Counted from the stretch's first letter, positions 23,596 to 32,500 are shown. The stretch is DNA of 64,000 nt from Syntrophales bacterium (GCA_963665615.2 CAXXQE010000001.1:327151-391150), one strand, 5' to 3'. Translations and numbers: made by a program. Notes: generated by a model from the sequence alone, not told the origin.

Positions 23596-24681
23596 ATGTA
23601 CCAAAGAATAATAAAAGTGGCGCTGATGCTAATTTGTTTTGGGATGCAGAGCGCATTTGCGGCCACAGGTTTCCAAGATGTTCTCAATACCCCTGCCGTC
23701 AAAAGTCAATTGGCGAGCAAACGGCTGTTCAACGGCATCACCCTTGCGGGCAAGCGTCTGGTTGCTGTGGGGCAGTTAGGCACAATCCTCTATTCGGATA
23801 ACACGGGTCAGACTTGGGTCCAGGCTGACGTGCCCGTCAGTTCGGACCTTGTCGCGGTAAATTTTCCGATCCCGAAACAGGGTTGGGCCGTTGGGCATGA
23901 CGGCGTCGTGTTGCACAGCTCCGATGGTGGGGCTTCATGGGTGAAACAGCTTGATTACCGTGACGTCACCAAGCTTCTTACAGCTTTTTATAAAGAGCAT
24001 CAGCCAAAGAATATAACAGGCGGTCCCGATGCGGTCGCACAATTTCTGTCTGATGTCGGTGCGTTTGCCAAGCCTGACAACCAGGCGCCTAACAGGTCCT
24101 TTTTGGATGTCTATTTTGAAAATGAGACAAGCGGTTTCATTGTAGGTTCTTTTGGTCTGATCTTCCGGACGGCAGACGGCGGAAAAAGCTGGGAGCCATG
24201 GTTGGATCGCACGGAAGATCCCCTGACGCACCCGCATCTATATTCCATTCGACCGGCCGGAGACGATCTTGTCATTGCCGGTGAACAGGCAACTGTGATG
24301 AAACTGGATCGAAAAACCTTACGGTTCCGAAAGGTCAAGACGCCATACAATGGTACCTATTTTGGGTTTATCGGCAGCCGGGGCGTCATGATGGCCCACG
24401 GTATGCGGGGGAACGTTTATCGCAGCGCCGACAAGGGCGCCACCTGGAAGAAAATCGAAACCGATGTGATGACGGGATTGATGGGTTCTGCGATGACTCA
24501 GGACGGACGGGTTGTTCTGGTGAGTCAGGACGGAGATGTCCTTATTAGCAAAAAAGACAGCCAGGGCTTCGACCGGGTAAAGATGGATGTTGTATTTCCT
24601 ACCTCTGCTGTGGCAGTTGCAGAGGGGGATACCATTGTGCTCGCAGGCTTTGGAGGACTGATGGTCAAGAAGTTGAAATAA
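23596..24681 (+). CDS. YCF48-like BNR/Asp-box beta-propeller protein
   Basis: Repeated Asp-box SxDxGxTW motifs (SDNTGQTW, SSDGGASW, TADGGKSW, SADKGATW), GWAVGHDGVVL; signal peptide. Confidence 0.9.
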   Translation: MYQRIIKVALMLICFGMQSAFAATGFQDVLNTPAVKSQLASKRLFNGITLAGKRLVAVGQLGTILYSDNTGQTWVQADVPVSSDLVAVNFPIPKQGWAVGHDGVVLHSSDGGASWVKQLDYRDVTKLLTAFYKEHQPKNITGGPDAVAQFLSDVGAFAKPDNQAPNRSFLDVYFENETSGFIVGSFGLIFRTADGGKSWEPWLDRTEDPLTHPHLYSIRPAGDDLVIAGEQATVMKLDRKTLRFRKVKTPYNGTYFGFIGSRGVMMAHGMRGNVYRSADKGATWKKIETDVMTGLMGSAMTQDGRVVLVSQDGDVLISKKDSQGFDRVKMDVVFPTSAVAVAEGDTIVLAGFGGLMVKKLK

Positions 24682-24693
24682 ACGGAGAAGAAC

Positions 24694-27132
24694 ATGGCTA
24701 TAGCAAAACAAGAAATAGATAATATGCCGGTTGTCAAGGATATCAAGGACTTTGACACCTCATCGGGGAACAAACTGGAACGCCTTATCTTTAATCATCG
24801 TCATTTGATGATCATTGCCTGTTTGATCGTGACGCTGGTTCTGGGGTATCAGACGACTAAGCTCAAGCTCAATGCGAGCTTCGAGAAGATGCTGCCACAA
24901 CACAGCCAGTATATAAAAAATTATCTGGCCAATAAGAGCAAGCTGGCGGGTCTCGGCAATACAATCCGAATTGCGGTTGAGAATACCCAAGGCAATATCT
25001 TCGATGCCCAGTATCTGGAAACGCTCAAGCAGATCAACGACGAGGTGTATCTGACGCCCGGGGTGGATCGAACCTGGCAGAAATCGCTCTGGATGCCGGC
25101 CATACGGTGGCATGCAGTTACGGAACAGGGTTTCGAAGCCGGACCTGTCATGAATGACGGTTACGACGGCTCTGCGGCGAGCTTGCAGCAAGTGAAGTTG
25201 AATGTCGCCCGCGCCTCCATCGTCGGTAGTCTGGTTTCAGACAACTACAAGTCAAGCACGATTCTGGTCTCCTTACTGGATAAGGAACCCAGCGGGAAGC
25301 GTCTCGACTACAGAGAATTTTCCCATAGACTGGAAAAGATAAGGAGCAAATACGAACTGGCCTCAAAAGGCAGGGTAAAGATCCACATCACCGGTTTTGC
25401 TAAAATCGTGGGCGATTTGATGGACGGTTTAATGCAGGTCATGACCTTTTTCCTGTTTGCCATTGTCATCGCCGCGATCATCATTTTTATCTTTACCCGG
25501 TGTATCCGCAGTACCATTCTGTTGATCTGCTGTTCCGCCCTGGCCGTCCTGTGGCAATTAGGGCTCATTACGACATTGGGCTTTGAACTCGATCCCTACT
25601 CGATTCTGGTACCCTTCCTGGTTTTTGCCATTGCGGTATCGCATGGCACGCAGAAGATGAACGGTATCATGCAGGATATCGGTCGCGGCACGCACAAGCT
25701 GGTGGCTGCGCGCTACACCTTCCGCCGGCTCTTTCTGCCGGGCCTGACCGCGCTTTCAGCCGCGGCGGTTGGATTTGCCGTTTTGATGCGGATCGATATT
25801 CCGGTTATTCGAGACCTGGCACTGACGGCGAGCGTCGGTGTGTTTGTCGTCATTTTTACGAACCTGATTCTCTTGCCCGTGCTTCTGTCGTATGTCGGCG
25901 TAAGTCCAAAGGCTGCTCAAAGAAGCCTGCAGCAGGAGAGCGAAGAATCTGAAGGGAAGAAGGCCGGGGCGGTCTGGAACTTCCTCAATCGGTTCGGGAC
26001 CGAGAAAAAATGGGCAGTTGGAGCTCTCGTTGCTCTGGTTGTTCTTGCCGTCATCGGTTCCATTATCGGCGCCAATGTCAAGATTGGCGACCTGGACCCG
26101 GGAGCGCCGGAGCTGCGTCCGAACTCGCGTTACAACAAGGACAATGCCTTTCTCAATGCCAACTATGGGCTCTCCAGCGACCAGTTTGCCGTAATCGTCA
26201 AGACACCTCCCGAGGGTTGTTTACAGTATGAGTCCCTGATAGAGATTGATCGCCTTGTCAATGCAATGCGGGAGATACCAAGCGTACAGGCAATCATGGC
26301 GCTGCCGGACGGTGCGCGCGGGCTGATTTTGTCATCTTACGAAGGGAGCTACAAATGGTTCACGCTCACCCGGAACCAAAGCGAACTAAATTACGGTGTG
26401 CAATTTGCCCGTGAAAATAATATGGACCTGTTCAATGCTGAAGCGACCGTATTGCCGGTGATTGCTTACCTGAAGGATCACAAGGCAGATACGCTCACGA
26501 ATGTGGTGAAAGTGGTAGAAGACTTTTCGGAACAACACAGCAGGAAGGATCGGCAGTTTCTTCTCGCGGCGGGAAATGCCGGGATCGACGCGGCAACAAA
26601 TATCATTGTAAAAAGAGAAAACCGCATCATGATGATATATGTCTATCTGGCGGTGATCGCCCTTTGTTTGATAACCTTCCGGAATTGGCGTGCCGTCGTT
26701 GTTGCGATTATTCCACTGATTCTGACCTCGATTCTCTGTGAAGCCCTCATGGTGATGTTGGGAATCGGCATAAAAGTGGCCACCCTTCCGGTCATAGCGC
26801 TTGGCGTCGGAATTGGCGTTGACTATGCACTCTATCTATTAAGCGTACAGCTGATGCATATGCGCAACGGTCTGCCACTGAGTGAGGCTTACAAGCGTGC
26901 GATTATGTTTACAGGTAAAGTGGTTGCCCTGGTCGGTATTACGTTGGCAAGCGCCGTCGTAACATGGGCGTTGTCGCCCATTAAATTTCAGGCAGACATG
27001 GGGCTTCTGTTGTCGTTCATGTTCTTCTATAACATGATCGGTGCGCTCGTATTTATCCCTGCGCTGTCGCGTTTCATCTTAGGCAAGGCCGACGCGTCAG
27101 GCAATGTCTATCTCAAAGGCCTGAAAAAATAA
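24694..27132 (+). CDS. RND superfamily (MMPL-type) inner membrane transporter
   Basis: Twofold-repeated TM architecture with two periplasmic domains; PFLVFAIAVSHG, ALGVGIGVDY, IKFQADMG. Confidence 0.92.
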   Translation: MAIAKQEIDNMPVVKDIKDFDTSSGNKLERLIFNHRHLMIIACLIVTLVLGYQTTKLKLNASFEKMLPQHSQYIKNYLANKSKLAGLGNTIRIAVENTQGNIFDAQYLETLKQINDEVYLTPGVDRTWQKSLWMPAIRWHAVTEQGFEAGPVMNDGYDGSAASLQQVKLNVARASIVGSLVSDNYKSSTILVSLLDKEPSGKRLDYREFSHRLEKIRSKYELASKGRVKIHITGFAKIVGDLMDGLMQVMTFFLFAIVIAAIIIFIFTRCIRSTILLICCSALAVLWQLGLITTLGFELDPYSILVPFLVFAIAVSHGTQKMNGIMQDIGRGTHKLVAARYTFRRLFLPGLTALSAAAVGFAVLMRIDIPVIRDLALTASVGVFVVIFTNLILLPVLLSYVGVSPKAAQRSLQQESEESEGKKAGAVWNFLNRFGTEKKWAVGALVALVVLAVIGSIIGANVKIGDLDPGAPELRPNSRYNKDNAFLNANYGLSSDQFAVIVKTPPEGCLQYESLIEIDRLVNAMREIPSVQAIMALPDGARGLILSSYEGSYKWFTLTRNQSELNYGVQFARENNMDLFNAEATVLPVIAYLKDHKADTLTNVVKVVEDFSEQHSRKDRQFLLAAGNAGIDAATNIIVKRENRIMMIYVYLAVIALCLITFRNWRAVVVAIIPLILTSILCEALMVMLGIGIKVATLPVIALGVGIGVDYALYLLSVQLMHMRNGLPLSEAYKRAIMFTGKVVALVGITLASAVVTWALSPIKFQADMGLLLSFMFFYNMIGALVFIPALSRFILGKADASGNVYLKGLKK

Positions 27133-27149
27133 TATATCTATAATTTGTC

Positions 27150-27187
27150 ACTCTTCCCGGAGGAGCATCTGATCCTCCGGGAAGAGT
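27150..27187. terminator. 15-bp perfect hairpin downstream of RND gene
   Basis: actcttcccggagga-gcatctga-tcctccgggaagagt; lacks a clear U-tract. Confidence 0.55.
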
Positions 27188-27219
27188 ACTGACCCCATTT
27201 GACTATATGGAGGAAGCAT

Positions 27220-27395
27220 ATGAAATCGCTCCTCGGGAAAAGAACAGTCGTTACTGGCGGCGTCATGGAGTTTGGACTTACGACAGTGGTTTCTGGTTGA
27301 GGGCGCTGATGTCGGACAAACTTTTTTGCAGGATCGTAATAATGGCAGGGGGTGGCACGATGATGTCCAAGTGGACCGGTCATGGAACAAAATAA
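27220..27395 (+). pseudogene. Short-chain dehydrogenase/reductase relic (internally deleted)
   Basis: GGAGG RBS then MKSLLGKRTVVTGGVMEFGLTT, frameshifted FLVEGADV (Rossmann start), followed by a possible SDR C-terminus. Confidence 0.55.
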
Positions 27396-27465
27396 TCGAT
27401 CTGGGGCACAATCCCTGTCTGTTCGTGTGTCAAGAGTTGAGAAGCCATTTGAAAGGATAGAGAGA

Positions 27466-27843
27466 ATGAAAATTAAAAAAATATTCTTGGTCATTACATT
27501 CATCTCGGCATGGCTGCTTGCATTGCTGTATGGATTTTCTCCTCAGTTTTTTCTTGGGACCGTGCTTGGCGTCACCAATGTAAATATAAACCTCCATCAT
27601 CTTTTCAGAGCTATGATGTGCCTCTATTTCGGGCTTGGATTGTTTTGGTTGTTTTCTGCATTTAACGACAAATTTAGAAATGCAGCGGTATTGAGTGTCG
27701 CTTTTTTTGCAGGGGGTCTCATGATCGGCAGGATTATTAGTTTCGTTGTTGACGGCTGGCCGTCACCGCTTTTGGTGAGCTACTTTTTTATAGAGGTTGT
27801 ATATCTCCCGGCCGCCTATTGGGTCTATAAACGTCCTGAGTGA
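27466..27843 (+). CDS. DUF4345-like small membrane protein
   Basis: Four hydrophobic segments; H.FRAMMCLY and GL..GR..S..VDG.PS motif. Confidence 0.75.
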   Translation: MKIKKIFLVITFISAWLLALLYGFSPQFFLGTVLGVTNVNINLHHLFRAMMCLYFGLGLFWLFSAFNDKFRNAAVLSVAFFAGGLMIGRIISFVVDGWPSPLLVSYFFIEVVYLPAAYWVYKRPE

Positions 27844-28057
27844 TGATCCAGTTATCGGCCCTGGTGCGTAAAACCTTCATGACAATATAGTAAACCCATG
27901 GGGAAGACCTGCACAGTCTTTAGCTATCTCCCGTAACCCAACAGGGGGAGGGGAGATAGCGTCCTGCAGGACAATTTCTACATAAAAACATGCCGCCAAT
28001 CAGGTCCTTGTCGTTTCAATTTGTCATACAAGGACGTAAGAACAAGAACATGAGGCT

Positions 28058-29041
28058 ATGAAAATGGAAGGTGCGTTGCGCGGTTCTAATACGAAGCCGG
28101 ATCAGGAGTTCATAGGCGTGTTCGGAGCGAATGCCCATATAGGCAACCCCGTTGCAAGTTATGTGGCGCAGAAAGCACCAAAAACACGCCTGCGTCTCAT
28201 CATTCGCACAGACGATCATCGGACGGCTCTGTCCAAGGAGTTCCCAAATGCAGAAATTGTGGTTGCCAATTACTACGATCTTGCGTCGTTGGAAAACGCA
28301 CTCTCCGGTCTGACAGGCCTGTTCGTGGTAACGCCTGATTTCCTCGATGAAGAACGTGCGATGACCAATTTGATTTTTGCCGCCCTTTGCACTCCGAGTT
28401 TGCAGCATATCGTTCGTTTGGTTGCCGATCCTCCAGGCATGACGCTGGATCGCATTCCCGCTGCCTTGACGCGATTCGGTGGCGGCACGGCCGTTCAGCA
28501 TCTGCGCGCAAAGGCATTGCTTGAAAAAAGCGGTTTGCCGCTGACCTATATCAATATTGCCGCTTATTTCATGCAGAACTTCATCACGCCGTTTTTCAAC
28601 GGTCCTATACGTGCTGAGCGCGTATTATCGGTGCCAAGGAATAGGAGAATGGGTTTTATCGACACCAATGATATTGGAGCCTGCGCTGCGGCGATTCTAC
28701 TCTCGAACAACCAGCGGCACTTGAATCAAACCTATCATCTCGACAACGGTCATGATGTGATGTGGTTCGATGAGGTGGCTGACTTGATGAGCGAAGTGTT
28801 CGGCGTCAAGATCCGTTTTGACGGTAGTGATGAAACCTTTCTACGCTTGTGCGGCGAAGGAGTAAAACAGTATATCGGGCGGCCCGATGCAGATGAATAT
28901 TACCTGCACTACTTCCAGTTCGAGCAGGACAACGAAACAGTATGGAGAAAGTCAGATGTTGTCGAATATCTTACCGGCAGAAAACCGATGACGTTACGGA
29001 ATTGGCTTTTGGATAATAAAAACGCCATTCTCGGTTGGTGA
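28058..29041 (+). CDS. NmrA-family NAD(P)-binding atypical SDR
   Basis: GVFGANAHIG, SLENALSG, AYFMQN, FIDTNDIGACAAAIL. Confidence 0.8.
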   Translation: MKMEGALRGSNTKPDQEFIGVFGANAHIGNPVASYVAQKAPKTRLRLIIRTDDHRTALSKEFPNAEIVVANYYDLASLENALSGLTGLFVVTPDFLDEERAMTNLIFAALCTPSLQHIVRLVADPPGMTLDRIPAALTRFGGGTAVQHLRAKALLEKSGLPLTYINIAAYFMQNFITPFFNGPIRAERVLSVPRNRRMGFIDTNDIGACAAAILLSNNQRHLNQTYHLDNGHDVMWFDEVADLMSEVFGVKIRFDGSDETFLRLCGEGVKQYIGRPDADEYYLHYFQFEQDNETVWRKSDVVEYLTGRKPMTLRNWLLDNKNAILGW

Positions 29042-29071
29042 ATTCACCGGATTATTATTTTTTCTTATATT

Positions 29072-29596
29072 ATGATTTTATCAAGAACATACAATACTAA
29101 AGAATTGCAGTTGATAACCGGTGAAAGCAAACAAAGAATTCAATACTGGATTCTGAATGGAATCATTTCGCCTTATACTCCAAGTGCCGGAACAGGCACC
29201 TCCAGGTATTACTCCTTTGAGAATTTATTGGAGGTATTGATCGTTCAGACCTTATCTCGTTTGAGGATAGATATAAAAATTATCGCTAATATAATGAGAG
29301 AGATAAAACAGGAAATACCGGGTTTCTTCAAATCGACAAACTACGAACATGATGAAAAGGCGCAGTTAATCTTGATCAGTAATATAATGCCAGATGGATC
29401 AACGCATTCTTCAGTTATTACGCTTAAGGGCCTTCAAACAAATTTTCTGTCTGATACGTGGGAAACAAGAAATATCGTTATTACGATGAATCTCGATGTT
29501 ACCAAAAACTATTTGTTGGAAAGAATCGATAACTCCAACAGTGGGCAGTCCGATAACCTGCTGAAACAGCAACAAGAAAGCTATATGGTTATATAG
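29072..29596 (+). CDS. MerR-type winged-HTH protein
   Basis: YNTKEL..ITG....IQYW...GII.P......GTSRYYSFENL; strongly AT-rich gene. Confidence 0.72.
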   Translation: MILSRTYNTKELQLITGESKQRIQYWILNGIISPYTPSAGTGTSRYYSFENLLEVLIVQTLSRLRIDIKIIANIMREIKQEIPGFFKSTNYEHDEKAQLILISNIMPDGSTHSSVITLKGLQTNFLSDTWETRNIVITMNLDVTKNYLLERIDNSNSGQSDNLLKQQQESYMVI

Positions 29597-29599
29597 TGA

Positions 29600-29725
29600 A
29601 GACGTTTTGCCCCGCTTTTAAGTTGAGGCTGTTGGATTGGCAATCAGCAGCGAACACTATTCATGAGGTGGCCCAGGATTTGAAGAACCACCCAAACAAG
29701 CTTTACAGATGGTTCCAATAATACT
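29600..29725 (+). pseudogene. IS3-family OrfA (HTH) relic
   Basis: With frameshifts reads FKVEAVGLA...IHEVAQDLKNHPNKLYRW*, the FKxEAV / EVAxDLGxxxxxLYRW pattern. Confidence 0.6.
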
Positions 29726-29762
29726 GTCAGAGCCCCTGGGAGTACCTGTAGAGGAGGATAAC

Positions 29763-30857
29763 ATGAAAATATCTGCTGTTGTACAAAAGGATCCTGACTC
29801 CGAATTTGTGATTGAGGAGGTGGACCTTGAAGAACCCCGCTATGATGAAATCCTGGTCAAAATTGCAGGATCGGGGATATGCCATACGGATCTGGGGGCG
29901 GTGAAGCTCCTCCCTCGAGAAGCCTTTCCTGCGGTATTTGGACATGAAGGGTCCGGTATTGTGGAAAAGGTCGGCAGTCATGTCAGGGATATCAAACCCG
30001 GCGATCATGTCGTATTGACCCAGCATCTGTGCGGTGCCTGCAAACCATGCCTGACAGGCAACCCGTGCTATTGTCAGAACGGCGTCTTGTTGAACATGAG
30101 TGGCGGGCGTGGAGACTCCTCAAGAACAATATCCAAAGACGGTAAGCCCTACTTTGGTTCCTGGTTTACGCAATCCTCCTGGGCGAGTTATGCGCTGGCT
30201 CATGAGAAAAGCGTGGTGAAGGTGCCTGAAGATCTGCCCGTTGAGATGCTGGGTCCACTGGGATGCGGATTTCAAACGGGCGCCGGCGCCGTGATCAATG
30301 CACTTTGCCCGCCGTTGGGTTCCTCCATTGCCATTTTTGGAGTGGGGACTGTAGGGCTGGCAGCTATTATGGGCGCTGTCCTGAATGGCTGCAGCAAGAT
30401 TATTGCGATCGATGTCATGCCGGAACGACTCGAATTAGCCAAAACACTCGGTGCAACCCATGTGGTGAATGCAAAGGCGGAGGTGCCGTCTGAAGCCGTC
30501 AAAGCGATAACGGGCGGAGGCGCAGATTATGCACTTGAGTGTATCGGAAACCCCGCGGTATTCCGTCAGGCCGTTGAGTCAACCTCCCAATCTGGCGAGT
30601 GTGGCTTGATTGGATTGTCAGCGCCGGGTACCGAGGTTTCTCTTGATATGAATGGTATTTTGTTCGGTCGGAAGATAAGGGGCATTCTGGAGGGAGATGC
30701 GATCTCTCCAATTTTCATTCCCCAGCTGATAGAGTATTACAGGCAAGGTCGCTTCCCGATCGATCGGCTGATCTCGTTTTATCCGATGACAGACGTCAAC
30801 AAAGCGATAGCAGATACTCTGTCGGGGAAGACTTTAAAAGCCGTTCTTCGTCCGTGA
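29763..30857 (+). CDS. Zn-dependent aryl (benzyl) alcohol dehydrogenase-like protein
   Basis: GICHTD, GHEGSG, structural Zn CGACKPC...CYC, PLGCGFQTGAGAV, FIPQLIEYYRQGRFP.DRL typical of XylB/AreB group; GAGGAGG RBS. Confidence 0.88.
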   Translation: MKISAVVQKDPDSEFVIEEVDLEEPRYDEILVKIAGSGICHTDLGAVKLLPREAFPAVFGHEGSGIVEKVGSHVRDIKPGDHVVLTQHLCGACKPCLTGNPCYCQNGVLLNMSGGRGDSSRTISKDGKPYFGSWFTQSSWASYALAHEKSVVKVPEDLPVEMLGPLGCGFQTGAGAVINALCPPLGSSIAIFGVGTVGLAAIMGAVLNGCSKIIAIDVMPERLELAKTLGATHVVNAKAEVPSEAVKAITGGGADYALECIGNPAVFRQAVESTSQSGECGLIGLSAPGTEVSLDMNGILFGRKIRGILEGDAISPIFIPQLIEYYRQGRFPIDRLISFYPMTDVNKAIADTLSGKTLKAVLRP

Positions 30858-30879
30858 TAATTTTGGTATGGTTTCACAG

Positions 30880-31065
30880 CGGTGTTCCGGCATACTGGGA
30901 CAAGGAACAGGGCTGCATAAGTGGGTTGTTGCTTGGGGTTAAGGGTCATGCCGCAGCCTGTTTTTGCGGGTTGTCGAAGCAAACCATAGCCGGGGTCTTC
31001 CTGCCAAAGTTTTGATGCCACCTCTTTACGTTGTCGAATTTGAAGTAGCCAGTCAAATTACTCAT
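30880..31065 (-). pseudogene. IS3-family transposase C-terminal relic and right end
   Basis: 31062-30946 translates SNLTGYFKFDNVKRWHQNFGRKTPAMVCFDNPQKQAAA*, matching the Y..FYN..R.H......TP tail. Confidence 0.65.
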
Positions 31066-31168
31066 TCAGTGTGCGGAAAAAGGGGTATAGTCCATTCTTC
31101 TCTACAATGGAATTTGGATAAGGGTTTATTTTTGTTAGAGAAGACTTGATATAATAAGAAAATATAGC

Positions 31169-31981
31169 ATGAGTGTTAGCACGAATGGTTATTATTTTGG
31201 AGGCTGTGATGTAGGATCCACTACGGGAAAAGCTGTGGTTATGAAAGATGGAAATATTATCTCCCATTCAATTGTCAGATCCACTACGAAACCGGAGTTG
31301 ACGGCACACATAGCGATGGATGATGCAATCATGAAGGCGGGTTTAGGTTCGATAGATAATCTGAAGTTCATTGTCGGGACAGGATATAGTCGCCTCAAGA
31401 TTCCTTTTGCTAATGAGAATATTTCCGAAATAACGTGTCACGCCCGAGGTGCGAAGTGGCTGTCCCCTTCCGTTGGCACTGTAATTGATATCGGAGGCCA
31501 AGATTGCAAAGTCATGTCACTGGACGAAAAGGGCAAGGTTAAGGAATTTCTCATGAATGATAAGTGCGCTTCTGGAACCGGACGGTTCTTCGAAGCGATG
31601 ACACGGGTTCTTTCTTGTGATCTGGATGCGTTTTCATTACTGTCGCTCAATTCAAAAAAAGCGGCAACAATTACTTCTCAGTTCAGTGTGTTTGCTGAGT
31701 CTGAAGTCATAACCCTGATTAACGAGGGTGTTGATTTAGGTGGAATCTGTGCAGGTATTAATGAATCAATTGCAATCAGGTTAATTGCGATGGTGAGGAG
31801 AATAGGTTTCAATGGAGATTTAACTGTAACAGGCGGTTGCGCAAAGAATGCGGGATTGATAGATGCACTGGAGAAAAGGTTGGATGTAAGCATCAAAAGA
31901 CTATCAGTGGATACCCAAATAGTAGGGGCAATAGGCGCATCATTGATCGCCGCTGAAAAATGGCAAAAGAACAACAGCTGA
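31169..31981 (+). CDS. HgdC/BadG/BcrAD-family ASKHA ATPase (acyl-CoA dehydratase/reductase activator), one Fe-S ligand lost
   Basis: GCDVGSTTGK, SEITCHARGA, DIGGQDCK, MNDKCASGTGRF, SQFSVFAESEV (Phe where Cys is expected), TGGCAKN. Confidence 0.88.
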   Translation: MSVSTNGYYFGGCDVGSTTGKAVVMKDGNIISHSIVRSTTKPELTAHIAMDDAIMKAGLGSIDNLKFIVGTGYSRLKIPFANENISEITCHARGAKWLSPSVGTVIDIGGQDCKVMSLDEKGKVKEFLMNDKCASGTGRFFEAMTRVLSCDLDAFSLLSLNSKKAATITSQFSVFAESEVITLINEGVDLGGICAGINESIAIRLIAMVRRIGFNGDLTVTGGCAKNAGLIDALEKRLDVSIKRLSVDTQIVGAIGASLIAAEKWQKNNS

Positions 31982-31987
31982 ATGAGG

Positions 31988-32013
31988 GTCATAGACCTCC
32001 GGCTTTGCTGGAG
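31988..32013. repeat. IS200/IS605-end-like hairpin, right copy (inverted relative to 14567-14592)
   Basis: gtcatagac-ctccggc-ttt-gctggag. Confidence 0.65.
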
Positions 32014-32197
32014 TTAAGTACATCGAACCTCATAAATAAAAGGCTCTTTTGATCAATCCAGGAACAAAAGCGCCTTTCTTACTGGGGGGAATTTTGGGGG
32101 GAAAACCCTATACAAACCAGCTAATTTTAGCGGGTTTTAGACGACCAGTCTGGCTTTAACTAGCTTAAAATACTTATTTTGGCGTATGGCGGGACTG

Positions 32198-32244
32198 CTT
32201 TAAATCCGTTGGTCGCGGGTTCGAATTCCGCACGACCCACCAAT
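32198..32244 (+). repeat. att site: duplicated 3' half of tRNA-Lys
   Basis: ctttaaatccgttggtcgcgggttcgaattccgcacgacccaccaat vs 14104-14150; no 5' half upstream. Confidence 0.93.
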
Positions 32245-32250
32245 AAAATA

Positions 32251-32283
32251 AAAGGGTTACAGATTTTTTTCTGTAACCCTTTT
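32251..32283 (+). terminator. Intrinsic terminator after att copy (possibly the original tRNA terminator)
   Basis: aaagggttacaga ... ctgtaacccttt hairpin with T tail. Confidence 0.7.
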
Positions 32284-32500
32284 CTATTTTGCGACCCTCT
32301 TGCTGCTCTGTCAAATAAGCCTGTATAATCCAGAGTTCAATACTTAAAGTCTTTTTTTCTTTGCAATATTGAAATAGTCTGATTAACTTAATAAAAAATA
32401 AGATGTACTTTTTACGCTTTGAAAAACTCACGAAATAAAGAGTAGGGATGAGCTTTTTAGGGCTATCATCTATCTACGAGGGGTTTGTTGAATATTCTTT

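Larger units (their letters stand above)
14104..32244. mobile_element. ~18-kb genomic island integrated in tRNA-Lys 3' end, no integrase gene
   Basis: 47-bp direct repeat 14104-14150 / 32198-32244 (2 mismatches); visibly AT-richer intergenic DNA than flanks; IS relics inside. Confidence 0.88.

Noticed and set aside
31169..31981. Functional class I benzoyl-CoA reductase on the island
   Set aside because: Only one ATPase-type subunit is present, it lacks a cluster Cys, and no catalytic subunits are in the window.
32174..32431. Second tRNA-Lys gene or 85-aa ORF
   Set aside because: Only the 3' half of the tRNA is present (att site); the ORF is an AT-rich spurious frame across it.
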